DNA from: an uncultured Solirubrobacteraceae bacterium
Lineage (GTDB): Bacteria > Actinomycetota > Thermoleophilia > Solirubrobacterales > Solirubrobacteraceae
Reading direction: 5' to 3'
Assembly: GCA_964588985.1 (NCBI GenBank)
Contig: CAZPQW010000010.1
Span: forward strand, 1-64,000
DNA length: 64,000 bases
Shown: in pieces, positions 49,488 to 60,231 of the stretch
How positions within the stretch are numbered: position 1 is the first letter of the stretch
Layout: each line of letters starts with the position of its first letter
The notes under the pieces: generated by a model
Told to the model about the DNA's origin: nothing
Databases searched by the model: none
What the model saw: the letters and a program-made list of their open reading frames with translations, nothing else
Made by a program: the position numbers and the translations under genes

Positions 49488-51839
49488 ATGAGCGACGAGC
49501 TTGGGGGGCTGAGCGAGGACGAGGCGGCCCGGCGGCTGCAGACGCGCGGACGCACCGAGCCACAGAGCTCGAGCCGCTCCTACGCGAGCATCGTACGGGC
49601 GAACGTGCTGACGGTGTTCAACGCGATCCTCGCGGGCTTCGGGGTGCTGACGCTGGTGTTCGGTGACTGGCGCGACGCGCTGTTCCTCGGCGTGATCGTC
49701 GCGAACTCCTCGATCGGCATCACCCAGGAGGTCCGCGCGAAGCGTGCCCTGGATCGGCTCTCGCTGCTCGTCGCCCCGCACGCGCGGATCAGGCGCGACG
49801 GGACGGTGAGGTCTGTGGCCGTCGAGGACGTGCTCGTGGACGACGTCGCGCTGCTCGAGCCGGGAGATCAGGTCACTGCCGACGGGCGGCTGCTGGCGGC
49901 GGCCGACCTAAGGCTCGACGAGTCGATCCTCACCGGCGAGTCCGAGCCCGCGCCGCGCGCGGTGGGAGAGGAGGTCCGCTCCGGAGCGTTCGTGGTGGAG
50001 GGCACCGGCACCTACCGTGTGAGCGCCGTGGGAGGCGACAGCTTCGCCGCGCAGGTGACGGGGGAGGCGCGCTCCTTTCGCCATCCGCGCTCGCCTCTGG
50101 AGCGCGCCGTGAACCGGCTGCTGTACGTGCTGGTGGCGCTCGTGGTGGGGCTCGGCGCGCTGCTGGCGTACTCGCTCTACCACCGTCACGTGCACGTCCA
50201 CACGGCGGTGGCGACCGCGACGGCGGGCGTGGTGAGCATGATCCCGGAGGGGCTGATGGTGCTGGTGAGCCTCACCTACGCCGCTGGCGCGCTGCGCATG
50301 TCGCGGCGGGGCGTGCTCGCGCAGCAGCTCAACGCGATCGAGTCGCTGGCGTCGGTGGACACGATCTGCATCGACAAGACGGGCACGCTCACCGACGCGA
50401 CGCTGCGCGTGGTCGAGCTGCTGCCGGCGCCGGGCATGGACGAGGACCGGCTGCGCGCCGAGCTGGGGGAGCTGGCGGCGAGCTCGAGCGCCCGCAACAT
50501 CACCCTCCAGGCGATCGCGGACGCTTACCCGGCCGAGCCACGGCCGGTGCTGGGGGAGGTCCCGTTCTCGAGTCGTCGCCGCTGGAGCGCGGTGGCGTTC
50601 GCTGACGGCTCGCTCTACCTGGGAGCGCCCGGCCGCCTGCCGCTCGGCCCGCTCGCCGAGATGGTCGAGGAGCGTCAGCGGGCGGGCCGGCGCGTGCTCG
50701 TGCTCGCCCGTGGCGCCCAGTCGCTGGAGGGCCGGCCGGACGAGCATCCGCCGGCGGACCTGGAGACCCTCGGCGCGGTCGTCCTCGCGGAGGAGCTGCG
50801 CCCGAACGTGGGGGAGACGATCGCGTTCCTCAAACGCGAAGGCGTGGAGATCAAGGTCCTGTCGGGCGACTCGCCGCAGACGGTGGCGGCGATCGCGCGC
50901 GACGTGGGGATCGACGTGGCGGGTGTGAGCGAGGGCGATGCGATCCCGAGCGATCCGCAGGAGCGCCGCGAGTACGCGCTCGGCACGACGGTGGTGGGTC
51001 GCATCTCCCCGGAGGGCAAGAAGGCGATCGTCGAGGCGCTGCGCGACGAGGGCCGCTACGTGGCGATGGTGGGCGACGGGGTGAACGACGTGCCGGCGCT
51101 GAAGAGCGCGCGCCTGGCGATCGCGCAGGGCAGCGGCACGCAGATGGCGCGGAGCGTCGCGGACCTGGTGCTGATCTCGGGCGACTTCGCCGCGGTTCCG
51201 CCGCTGCTGGCGGAGGGCCGCCGCGCGCTTCGCAACCTGCAGCGCGTGAGCAGGCTGTATGTGACGAAGTCGGCGTTCGCGGCCTTCCTGATCCTGACGA
51301 TCGGGATCGGCTCGGACTCCTACCCGCTGCTGCCGCGCCACCTGACGCTCGCGGCGAGCCTCACGATCGGCATCCCGACGTTCTTCCTCGCTCTCGCTCC
51401 CAGCACGGGTCCGTGGGCGCCGGAGCACTTCGCGCGGCGCGTGGCGCGCTTCGCGGTGCCGGCGGGCGTGATGCTCGGCATGGGCGTGGTGGCGGGGTAT
51501 CTGTTCGCGCTGCACGACCTCGACCTGTCCGTGCAGGCGGCTCGAACGGTGGCGGTGACGATCGTGACCGCGGGTGGGCTGTACCTGGTGATGGCGCTGG
51601 AGACGGAAGGCTCGTGGCGGCGCTCGACGCTCGTGGCGGGCATGTGCGCGACGCTCGCGGGCGTGTACGTCGCGGCGCTGCTGATCCCCTCGACGCGGAG
51701 GTTCTTCGAGCTGACCACGCTTGACCCCGGCATGATCGCGACGGCTGTCGTGGCCAGCGCGATGACCGTAGCGGCGCTCTCCCTGTGCGGGTTCTCGGTG
51801 CGCGTCAAGCACGCGGTCGACGGTGGCGACACGTCGTGA
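49488..51839 (+). CDS. Cation-translocating P-type ATPase (CtpE-like)
   Basis: TGES, IPEGL, DKTGTLT, SGD, GDGVND. Confidence 0.92.
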   Translation: MSDELGGLSEDEAARRLQTRGRTEPQSSSRSYASIVRANVLTVFNAILAGFGVLTLVFGDWRDALFLGVIVANSSIGITQEVRAKRALDRLSLLVAPHARIRRDGTVRSVAVEDVLVDDVALLEPGDQVTADGRLLAAADLRLDESILTGESEPAPRAVGEEVRSGAFVVEGTGTYRVSAVGGDSFAAQVTGEARSFRHPRSPLERAVNRLLYVLVALVVGLGALLAYSLYHRHVHVHTAVATATAGVVSMIPEGLMVLVSLTYAAGALRMSRRGVLAQQLNAIESLASVDTICIDKTGTLTDATLRVVELLPAPGMDEDRLRAELGELAASSSARNITLQAIADAYPAEPRPVLGEVPFSSRRRWSAVAFADGSLYLGAPGRLPLGPLAEMVEERQRAGRRVLVLARGAQSLEGRPDEHPPADLETLGAVVLAEELRPNVGETIAFLKREGVEIKVLSGDSPQTVAAIARDVGIDVAGVSEGDAIPSDPQERREYALGTTVVGRISPEGKKAIVEALRDEGRYVAMVGDGVNDVPALKSARLAIAQGSGTQMARSVADLVLISGDFAAVPPLLAEGRRALRNLQRVSRLYVTKSAFAAFLILTIGIGSDSYPLLPRHLTLAASLTIGIPTFFLALAPSTGPWAPEHFARRVARFAVPAGVMLGMGVVAGYLFALHDLDLSVQAARTVAVTIVTAGGLYLVMALETEGSWRRSTLVAGMCATLAGVYVAALLIPSTRRFFELTTLDPGMIATAVVASAMTVAALSLCGFSVRVKHAVDGGDTS

Positions 51840-53716
51840 GCGGCGCGCCGCGCGAGCGTCCAGACGATCAGATTCTCGAACACCGCGCGTTGATCCTCGC
51901 GGCGATCGCCCTGCTCGCGATCGCTTCAGGCGGGCTTCTGCACCTGGTGGGCGAGGGCGCTGCCGGGAACGACGTGTGGCGGGCGGCGGTGGCGCTGCTG
52001 GCGTTGGAGCTCGCGTTGGAGATCGGGCACACGGTGATCGTGGAACGCCACCTCGGCGTGGACACGATCGCGCTCGTCGCGATGGTCGGCTCGCTCGCGC
52101 TCGGGCAGGAGCTCGCGGGGGTGATCGTGGGGCTGATGTTCTCCGGCGGCGCGGCGCTCGAGGACGTCGCCTCGACACGGGCGCGGCGGGAGCTGACGGC
52201 GCTGGTGCAGCGCGCGCCGAAGGTCGCGAGGCGCCGTGTGGGCGAGAGCGTCGAGGAGGTGCCGGTCGAGGAGGTGCGTACCGGCGAGGTGGTGGTGGTG
52301 AGGACGGGCGAGGTGGTGCCTGTCGACGGGACGCTCGTCGCGGGCGAGGCGGTGCTCGACACGAGCACGCTCAGCGGCGAGCCACTGCCGGTCGCGATCT
52401 CCGCGGGGACCCAGGTCCTGAGCGGCACGGCGAACGCGGGTTCGCCGTTCGAGGTGCGCGCCGACCGGCCGGCGGCCGAGAGCGCGTACGCGGCGCTCGT
52501 GCGGCTCGTGCAGCAGGCGCAGGCTCATCGTGCGCCGTTCGTGCGGATGGCGGATCGCTACGCGGGGTTCTTCCTCCCGGCGACGCTGCTCGCGGCCGCC
52601 TCGGCGTGGGCGCTGAGCGGAGACTCTGTGCGGGCGCTCGCGGTCGTCGTGGTGGCGACGCCGTGCCCGTTGATCCTCGCGGCGCCGATCGCGCTCGTGT
52701 CGGGGCTCTCGCGGGCCGCGCGCGCCGGTGTGATCGTCAAGGGGGCGGGCGCGGTGGAGACGCTCGGCCGCGCGCGCACGGTGCTGTTCGACAAGACCGG
52801 CACGCTCACGGTGGGCACACCCGAGATGCGAGAAGTCCTCCCCGGAGATGGGATGGAGCGCTCGGAGCTGCTGCGGCTCGCCGCGTCGGTCGACCAGATG
52901 TCCGCGCACGTCCTCGGCGCGGCGCTCGTCAGCGCGGCGCACGACGCGGGCATCGTCTTGAGCCCGGCCGCAGAAGTGCGCGAGGAGCCCGGCCAGGGCA
53001 TCGCGGGCTCGGTGGAGGGCCGTCGCGTCGCCGTGGGGAGTCGCTCGTTCGTGCAAGCCGCGGGCGTCCTGGAGGACGAGATCGCCTCGGCGGCCGTGAT
53101 GAGCGGCAGGGGCTCGGGGGAGGCGCGTGTATTCGTGGGCGTCGACGGTCGCCTCGGCGGTGTGATCGTGATGGCTGACGAGCTGCGCCAGGACGCCGAT
53201 CGGATCGTCGAGCGGCTGCGCGCGGAGGGGGTCCGCCACGTGGCGATGGTCTCCGGCGACCGCCGTTCGGTGGCGGAGCGAATCGGCGCGGCCCTGGGCG
53301 TGGACCGCGTGTACTCCGAGCAGTCCCCCGAGCAGAAGCTCGAGGTCGTCAGGCGCCTGCGCGCCGACCCCGATCTGTGCCCGGTGGTGATGGTGGGCGA
53401 CGGCGTCAACGACGCGCCCGCCCTCGCGCTGGCCGACGTCGGTATTGCGCTCGGCGCGGCCGGCGCGACGATCTCCTCGGAGACCGCGGACGCGGTGATC
53501 ACGGTGGACCGCATCGACCGTGTGGCGGATGCGATCCACGCCGGACGCCGCGCGCTGCACATCGCGCACCAGAGCGTGCTCGCGGGCATGGGCTTGAGTC
53601 TCGTGGCGATGGCGGTGGCCGGGTTTGGATATCTGCCGCCGGTGGCTGGCGCGCTCCTTCAGGAGGGCATCGACCTGGCCGTGATCCTCAACGCGCTGCG
53701 CGCGCTTCGGGGTTAG
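51836..53716 (+). CDS. Heavy-metal P-type ATPase, P1B-5-like
   Basis: TPCP, DKTGTLT, Qx4Gx3Sx3M, Px6QEx2Dx5N. Confidence 0.9.
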   Translation: MSGAPRERPDDQILEHRALILAAIALLAIASGGLLHLVGEGAAGNDVWRAAVALLALELALEIGHTVIVERHLGVDTIALVAMVGSLALGQELAGVIVGLMFSGGAALEDVASTRARRELTALVQRAPKVARRRVGESVEEVPVEEVRTGEVVVVRTGEVVPVDGTLVAGEAVLDTSTLSGEPLPVAISAGTQVLSGTANAGSPFEVRADRPAAESAYAALVRLVQQAQAHRAPFVRMADRYAGFFLPATLLAAASAWALSGDSVRALAVVVVATPCPLILAAPIALVSGLSRAARAGVIVKGAGAVETLGRARTVLFDKTGTLTVGTPEMREVLPGDGMERSELLRLAASVDQMSAHVLGAALVSAAHDAGIVLSPAAEVREEPGQGIAGSVEGRRVAVGSRSFVQAAGVLEDEIASAAVMSGRGSGEARVFVGVDGRLGGVIVMADELRQDADRIVERLRAEGVRHVAMVSGDRRSVAERIGAALGVDRVYSEQSPEQKLEVVRRLRADPDLCPVVMVGDGVNDAPALALADVGIALGAAGATISSETADAVITVDRIDRVADAIHAGRRALHIAHQSVLAGMGLSLVAMAVAGFGYLPPVAGALLQEGIDLAVILNALRALRG

Positions 53717-53738
53717 CCGACGCGTCCACGCGCTCGAC

Positions 53739-55940
53739 TTGCCGCTCAGGAATCGGGCTCGAGCGGCCGACCTATGGGCAGCAAAAGCTTCCAGGGGGTC
53801 AGCGGACGTGAGCGCAACAGCGTCGAAGTCATCGATAGTGAGTCGTGCGAGCAGGCGGATCGGCCTGATCGTGCTCAGTGCGTGCATCCTGACGGTGGGC
53901 GCCAGCTCGACCGCGTCCGGCTTTCCGTCGCGCGCGTCGTTCCGGGCTCAGCGCCTGTGCGGCACGCCGCGCCCGCGCACCGCTTCGTGCCTCGGCATGA
54001 GGCTGATCTCGAAGTCGATCACGACCGCGGCGCTGCGGGCAAGCGCGCGCAGGCAGGCGGCGGAGCTCGCCGCCGGTGTGACCCCGCAGGCCGTCAACAA
54101 GACGGTCCCGGGCGGCTTCACGCCGGCGGGCCTGCACACCGCGTACTCGCTGCCGACCGAAGCTCCGGGCTCCGCTACGCAGACGGTCGCGGTGGTCGAC
54201 GCGTACAACGACCCGACCGCGGAAGCGGACCTCGCGGTGTATGACACAACTTTCGGCCTGCCCGCGTGCACGACGAAGAACGGCTGCTTTCGCAAGATCA
54301 ACGAGTCTGGGAAAGCGAGCCCGCTTCCCTCGACGCAGGGCGAATGGGCGAACGAGATATCGCTCGACGTGCAGATGGCGCACGCGATCTGCCAGAACTG
54401 CCACATCCTGCTGGTGGAGGCGAGCAGCTCGGGCTACGCCGACCTCGGCACCGCGGTGGACGCCGCGGTGAGCGCGGGAGCGACTGAGATCAGCAACTCA
54501 TACGGCGGAGCGGAGGCGTCCGGCATCGCGGCCTACAACACGCTCTACAACCACCCGGGCGTGGTCGTCACGGTCTCCTCGGGAGACTGCGGGTACTTCA
54601 ACGAAGCGTGCCACGGCACAGCGGCGGCGAACTTCCCGGCATCCTCCCCCGACGTGGTCGCGGTGGGCGGCACCTCGCTGCGCAAGACCGGGGAAACATG
54701 GGGCAGCACGGTGTGGAACGACGGCGGCAGCGGGTGCAGTCACGTGTTCACCGCCGATCTGTGGCAGAGCTCGGTGGAATCCTTCTCGGCGACGGGCTGC
54801 GGCAGCGGCCGCGCGGTGGCTGACATCTCGGCGGTGGCCGACCCGTACACCGGTGTGGATGTGTACGACACCACCCCGGCGGGCAGCGGAGCCTCGACGG
54901 GCTGGGAGGTCCTGGGCGGTACCTCGGCGGCCTCGCCGATCCTCGCCGCGGAGTTCGGGCTCGCGGCAGGCGCGCGCGGCATCAACTACCCGGCGGCGAC
55001 GCTGTTCTCGCACGCAGGCGAAGGCGGCGCTCTCTACGACGTGACGTCCGGCAGCAACGGCTCGTGCTCGGGCACGACCGCGTGCAAAGCGGCCGCGGGC
55101 TTCGACGCCCCCACCGGGGTCGGCAGCCCCGTCGGGCTGACGGCCTTCGAAGTCTCGGGCAGCCCCGCGAACACATCCGCTCCGACGGTCTCGGGAACGG
55201 CCGAACAGGCCCAGACGCTGACGGCGACCAACGGCGAATGGAGTTCCAGCCCGACCTCCTACGCCTACCAGTGGGAGCTGTGCAACAAGTCGGGCGCGAG
55301 CTGCTCGGCGATCTCGGGCGCGACATCGAAAACCCTCACGCTCCCGGCGGGCGCAATCGGGTCGACGGTCCGTGCGGTGGTGAGCGCGACCAACGCGACC
55401 GGCGGCGGGACGCCGGCGCAGTCCGCTCAGACCTCGACGGTCGAATCGAACGTGCCGCACGTCGCGAGCGTGTCGCCGACGAGCGCGATCACGGGCAGCA
55501 CGGTGACGATCACGGGCGGCGGCCTGACGGGGACGACCCTGGTGCGGTTCGGCTCGCTGTCGGCGACCTTCAAAGTGCTCTCCTCGACGCAGATCGAAGC
55601 CACCGTGCCCAGCGGCGCGGTCGCGGGCACCGTCTCGATCACCACCTCTCCCGTGAAAGCCGCCTCGAGCTCAGTCAAGTTCACGCCCTCGTTTTCGGTG
55701 ACCGGCATGTCGCCCGGCCGCGCGGCCGTGGGGGCGACGGTGACGATCAAAGGGGTCGGGTTCACGCCCAGCTCCGCTGTGAGCTTCAAAGGCACAGCGG
55801 CGACGAGCGTGACCTACGTCTCGGCGACCTCGCTCAAGGCGGTCGTGCCCTCGGGCGCGAGCACGGGGCTGATCACCGTGACGAACAGCGCGGCGCCCGT
55901 CGGGGCAGTGACGAGCGCCGGCAGTTTCGTCGTTGCTTAG
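53739..55940 (+). CDS. Secreted S53-family peptidase with Ig-like/IPT domains (start uncertain)
   Basis: EISLD, SSGD, GGTSA catalytic motifs; YQWELC and IPT/TIG-like repeats. Confidence 0.85.
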   Translation: MPLRNRARAADLWAAKASRGSADVSATASKSSIVSRASRRIGLIVLSACILTVGASSTASGFPSRASFRAQRLCGTPRPRTASCLGMRLISKSITTAALRASARRQAAELAAGVTPQAVNKTVPGGFTPAGLHTAYSLPTEAPGSATQTVAVVDAYNDPTAEADLAVYDTTFGLPACTTKNGCFRKINESGKASPLPSTQGEWANEISLDVQMAHAICQNCHILLVEASSSGYADLGTAVDAAVSAGATEISNSYGGAEASGIAAYNTLYNHPGVVVTVSSGDCGYFNEACHGTAAANFPASSPDVVAVGGTSLRKTGETWGSTVWNDGGSGCSHVFTADLWQSSVESFSATGCGSGRAVADISAVADPYTGVDVYDTTPAGSGASTGWEVLGGTSAASPILAAEFGLAAGARGINYPAATLFSHAGEGGALYDVTSGSNGSCSGTTACKAAAGFDAPTGVGSPVGLTAFEVSGSPANTSAPTVSGTAEQAQTLTATNGEWSSSPTSYAYQWELCNKSGASCSAISGATSKTLTLPAGAIGSTVRAVVSATNATGGGTPAQSAQTSTVESNVPHVASVSPTSAITGSTVTITGGGLTGTTLVRFGSLSATFKVLSSTQIEATVPSGAVAGTVSITTSPVKAASSSVKFTPSFSVTGMSPGRAAVGATVTIKGVGFTPSSAVSFKGTAATSVTYVSATSLKAVVPSGASTGLITVTNSAAPVGAVTSAGSFVVA

Positions 55941-55955
55941 AACCTGTTTCTTAGC

Positions 55956-56510
55956 CTATTTCCATTCGAGCGTGCCGCCTCCGATGAGCCCGACCAGGGC
56001 ATCGCCCGAGAGAGTGCCGTTGCTTTCTTCGGCGTAGGTGCACGCGGCTCCGGTGCCCGAGGAGTCGACGTGCTTGAGTTCCGCGACTTTTTCTATCTGT
56101 TTGTTGGTGTTCTTGTATTTGATCGTGAACAGGTTCTGATTTTTGGCTGAGGGGAAGGTGACCTGACACGCGGTCACTTTGACCGTCACTGTCTTGAGCA
56201 GGCTGACCCCGCCTTCGGCGGTGGACCTTACGTTGACCGGGCTGACGGTGGCAAGCAGGCCAAAGGCTTTGCAGTTTTCAAACTTGATCGTGGAGGTGAT
56301 GGTGGCGGATTTGGTGGTGGTGACTTCACCGGCTAAGAGCGATGCGCCGGCGCATTCGGAGGTGCCGGCCGCACTGGTGAACACTGTGCTGCGAAGCACT
56401 TTGATGGTGGTTTTGCCGGTCGTGCTGGCCACGAATTCGTGAGCGCTGGCCGAGGCGCCGCCGGCGATCAGGAAGAGAAACAGCAGGGGGGTGGCTATGG
56501 TTCGCTTCAT
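55956..56510 (-). CDS. Secreted hypothetical protein
   Basis: Signal peptide ASASA, Cys-containing beta-rich body. Confidence 0.75.
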   Translation of the reverse strand: MKRTIATPLLFLFLIAGGASASAHEFVASTTGKTTIKVLRSTVFTSAAGTSECAGASLLAGEVTTTKSATITSTIKFENCKAFGLLATVSPVNVRSTAEGGVSLLKTVTVKVTACQVTFPSAKNQNLFTIKYKNTNKQIEKVAELKHVDSSGTGAACTYAEESNGTLSGDALVGLIGGGTLEWK

Positions 56511-56707
56511 TGCGTGCAGCTCCAGATGGTCGGGGGTCGTTTGAGCGTCGAGCGGGCTCCGGGGGTGGGGGTTTGTTGGAGTTGGCTGGGCTGTCCAACG
56601 GGGCTGCGGCGAGCGTACAAGATCGATGTTGACGTGATGTCAACTAGCAGCAGAAGACGGCTTGGTGCCTGTAAATCAGGCTCAGGAGTCTGGGTGAATG
56701 TCTTTGA

Positions 56708-58783
56708 CTATCGGGGCGAGTAACCGGGGATGAGCCACTTCGGCCGCCACCAGTTCCAATGACCCAAGAGCGCCATCAAGCTGGGTACCAGCAGCGCACG
56801 GACGATCGTGGCGTCGAGTGCGACGGCGAACACCATGCCGAGGGCGGCTTCTTTTACGAACAGCGTGGTGGCGGTGCCCAGCGCGCCTACCGTGACGCAG
56901 AACAGCAACGCCGCGGAGGTGATGATCCGCCCTGTTCTCTCGAGCCCCTGTGCGACGGCGTCTCGGTTGGACAGCCCCGCGTCGCGCGCCTCCTTGATGC
57001 GCATGAGCAGGAAGACGCCATAGTCGGTGGACAGCCCGAATGTCCCGGCGCCGAGGAGGATCGGCTGCGTGAGGACCAGCGCGCCGATGCCGCGGTACCC
57101 GAGGATGCCCTGGAGGCGACCGTCCTGGAAGATGAACACGAGCAGGCCGAGCGCCGCCGAGAGCGATAGAGCGTTCATGAGCACCGCCTTGACGGGCAGG
57201 ACGACGGAGCCGGTGGCGAGGAAGAGGATGAGCAGGGTGGTGAGGAGCAGGATTGCCATCGCGAGGGGCAGGTGCGACCGCAGCGATGAGGCGGTGTCTA
57301 TGTAGTTCGCCGTCGAGCCGGTGACTGCGAGGTGGTAGGGGCTGGCGCGTATGGCGCGCACGAGGCGTTGCGACGCGGAGGAGAACGGCGCATGTATCTC
57401 CTTGATGTTGAACGTCCAGAGCGTGGCGGTGAGGTGGTTGGTCTGCCCGAGCGCGATGTTCGCCAGCTTCTCCATGTAGGGCATCACGACCTTGGTGATC
57501 TTGTGGGAGTCGCCGTGCGCGACGACGATGACTTCGTCGAGCAGGGGCTGGTCGAACTCGGCTCTTATGCGATCGTCGAACTGGCGCGCGCTGGTGCTCG
57601 ACGGCAGCGAGACCGAGCCCAGTCCGGTGAAGCGCACGTCCAGGAGCGGGGAGCCCATCGTCAGCAGCGCGCACGAGGCGAGGAGCGCTACCGAGAGCGG
57701 ATGTGCCATGACAAAGCGCGCGAGGCGATGCCATGAGCCACGTCGTGTGGGTGGTGCTGACTCGCTCGTGGGTGTCCGCCGGCGTCGAAGCCCGAGTGAG
57801 TTGACGCGGTGGCCCAGAAGCGAGAACGCGGCCGGGAGGACCACGAGCGACACGGCTCCCGAGAGCAGCGCGGCGAGGACGCCGCCGACGGCGAGTGAGC
57901 GGAGGAAGTCGATGGGGAAGACCAGGGGGGAAGCGAAGGCCGCGGCGATCGTGAGAGAGCTGACCACCACGGTTCGGCCGGCCGTTCTGACGCTCGTCGC
58001 GACTGCGTCGGAGGGGCTGAAGCCAAGGGCGAGCTCTTCGCGATAGCGGGAGACGAGCAGCAGGCTGTAGTCGAGCGAGAGCCCGACGGTGAGACCGGCG
58101 ACGAGGTCGAGCGCCAGGATCGAGATCGGATGGATCGCGGCGACGATCCGCAGGCCGAGCATCGCCAGGCTGAGAGCCAATCCTCCGGTGATGACGGGCA
58201 GGGCGGCCGCGAGCACGCCGCGGAAGATCACGAGGGCGAGGAGCAGGATGAGCGGCAGGGCGACGAGCTCGGCTCTGAGCAGGTCGCGCTTCGCCTGCGA
58301 GGTGAACTCCTGATGGATGAGGGCGCTGCCGCCGACGGCGACGCCCGCGAACCGGTGGAGGCGGTGCGCGAGCTGGACGGCTGTCTCGCCGGCGTTCGAT
58401 TCACTGCGCAGATAGCCGATCAGCGCGGTGTAGCGGCCGTTGCGCGACTGGAACGTGCGGGGGACGACGATCGCGACAGATTGCATCGCGGCGATCGCTT
58501 CGGAGGTGTAGGGGCGGTTGAGCGGGATGATCGCCTCGATGTTGGGAAAGGCGGTCGGTCCGATGGTGGATTTGAGGAGTTCGGCTGTGCGGTAGCTCTC
58601 GGTGCCCCGGCTGTAGAATTCGATGCCGCCGCTGGAGAGGTGGTCGGGGGTGCGGGCGCCGACGACGGCCGCGAATACGCCGAGCAGGGCGACGGCGATC
58701 AGCGTGCGAATTGGCGCGCGTATGCCGACGCTGACGAGCCTGTTGGGCGGCTTGCGCGGACGCGTGGCGATGGCGGTGTCCAC
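56708..58783 (-). CDS. MMPL family transporter
   Basis: GLSLDYSL...RYREE, AGRTV..S, GLSTDYGVF...RIKE. Confidence 0.93.
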   Translation of the reverse strand: MDTAIATRPRKPPNRLVSVGIRAPIRTLIAVALLGVFAAVVGARTPDHLSSGGIEFYSRGTESYRTAELLKSTIGPTAFPNIEAIIPLNRPYTSEAIAAMQSVAIVVPRTFQSRNGRYTALIGYLRSESNAGETAVQLAHRLHRFAGVAVGGSALIHQEFTSQAKRDLLRAELVALPLILLLALVIFRGVLAAALPVITGGLALSLAMLGLRIVAAIHPISILALDLVAGLTVGLSLDYSLLLVSRYREELALGFSPSDAVATSVRTAGRTVVVSSLTIAAAFASPLVFPIDFLRSLAVGGVLAALLSGAVSLVVLPAAFSLLGHRVNSLGLRRRRTPTSESAPPTRRGSWHRLARFVMAHPLSVALLASCALLTMGSPLLDVRFTGLGSVSLPSSTSARQFDDRIRAEFDQPLLDEVIVVAHGDSHKITKVVMPYMEKLANIALGQTNHLTATLWTFNIKEIHAPFSSASQRLVRAIRASPYHLAVTGSTANYIDTASSLRSHLPLAMAILLLTTLLILFLATGSVVLPVKAVLMNALSLSAALGLLVFIFQDGRLQGILGYRGIGALVLTQPILLGAGTFGLSTDYGVFLLMRIKEARDAGLSNRDAVAQGLERTGRIITSAALLFCVTVGALGTATTLFVKEAALGMVFAVALDATIVRALLVPSLMALLGHWNWWRPKWLIPGYSPR

Positions 58784-58895
58784 AGCGGGCGAGGCACTCT
58801 AGGTCGGTCGGTTGGCGGCGTCAAAGGCCACCGAGCTGCTCGTGGAGAAAGGCTGGTCTCCGGGCTGGCGCGTCGATCAGAGTGTTTCTGGCACG

Positions 58896-60230
58896 TCAAC
58901 CGCCCAGCGCGAACAGCGGCCACTTCCCGGGCACGCCCTTCAGCTCGCGGTAGCCGCGGTCCTCGAACGTGAACGGCCCGCCGACGACGGTGCCGAACAC
59001 GGTGCCCGACACGAGCACCTCGCCGGGGCCGGCAAGCCCGTTGACCCGCGAGGCGATGTGTACGGCCATGCCGCCGACGTCGTCGCCGATTAGCTCGCAC
59101 TCGCCGGTGTGCACGCCGACGCGCTCCTCGATGTCGAGCTCGCGCGCGGCGGCTGTGATCGCCAGAGCGCAGCGCAGCGCCCGCGAGGGCGGCCCTTCGA
59201 AGGTGACGAGGAAGCCGTCGCCGACGGTCTTGACCTCCCGGCCGCCGAAGCGGGCGAGCTGGGCGCGCACCTTCGCGTCGTGTTGGGCGAGCAGGTCGCG
59301 CCAGCGGCTGTCGCCGAGCCTGGCGGCGCGCGCGGTGGCGTCGACGATGTCGGTGAACATGACGGTGAGCAGCGCCCGCGCGAGCTCTCCGCCGCTGCGG
59401 TCGCCGGTGAGGAACTCCTCGATCTCCTCGACGATGGCGTCGGAGTCGCCGACGAACGGGAACGAGTCCTGGCCGGCGAGCTCGACGTAGCGGGCGCCGG
59501 GGACGTGCTCGGCGAGGTAGCGGGAGTGGCGCACGTCCCAGGCTTTGTCGTCGCGGCGGTGCATGACGAGCGTGGGGACGCGGATCCGCGGGAGCGACTC
59601 GCGGACGTCCTCGTTCATGACGGACTTGGTGATGAGCCGCGCCTCGGCGGGACTGGCGGAGAGGCGCTGGACGCGCGCGAACCACTCGCCGAGCGCGGGG
59701 TCGCCGGCCATGGACGGCGCGAGGATCTCGAGCATCGGGCTGTCGGCCTCGCCCCAGCCGGCGAAGTTGCGCTCGGAGAGCAGGCCGCGCTCCTCGTGCG
59801 TGAGCGCCCAGTCGTAGTCGGGCGCCCAGGAGGTGCGCGACACGGACGCGTACATGATGAGCGCGCCGACGCGCTCGGGGCACTCGGCGGCGAGCCACGC
59901 GCCGACGAGCCCGCCGAGGGCGTAGGTGAAGAGGGCGGCGCGTTCGCTGCCGGCGGCGTCGAGCACGGCGAGTGCGTCCTGGGCGTCCTGCTCTACGGTC
60001 TGCTCGCCCTGCAGTCGGTCGGAGAGCCCGGTGCCGCGCCTGTCGAACAGGATGAGGCGGTTGAAGACCGCGAGGCGCTCGAGGAAGCGCCGCATCGCGG
60101 GGGCGTCCCACAGCTGCTCGATCTGGGAGATCCAGCCGGGCAGGAACAGCAGATCGAGGGCGCCTTCGCCTGTGACCTGGTAGGCGATGGAGGCGTCGCC
60201 GGAGCGGGCGTAGCGGGTGGTGGGGATCAC
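58896..60230 (-). CDS. Alpha/beta hydrolase-adenylate/guanylate cyclase fusion (LipJ-like)
   Basis: FDRRGTGLSD; FTDIV, KTVGDG, GVHTGE, VHIASRV. Confidence 0.92.
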   Translation of the reverse strand: MIPTTRYARSGDASIAYQVTGEGALDLLFLPGWISQIEQLWDAPAMRRFLERLAVFNRLILFDRRGTGLSDRLQGEQTVEQDAQDALAVLDAAGSERAALFTYALGGLVGAWLAAECPERVGALIMYASVSRTSWAPDYDWALTHEERGLLSERNFAGWGEADSPMLEILAPSMAGDPALGEWFARVQRLSASPAEARLITKSVMNEDVRESLPRIRVPTLVMHRRDDKAWDVRHSRYLAEHVPGARYVELAGQDSFPFVGDSDAIVEEIEEFLTGDRSGGELARALLTVMFTDIVDATARAARLGDSRWRDLLAQHDAKVRAQLARFGGREVKTVGDGFLVTFEGPPSRALRCALAITAAARELDIEERVGVHTGECELIGDDVGGMAVHIASRVNGLAGPGEVLVSGTVFGTVVGGPFTFEDRGYRELKGVPGKWPLFALGG

Positions 60231-60231
60231 G

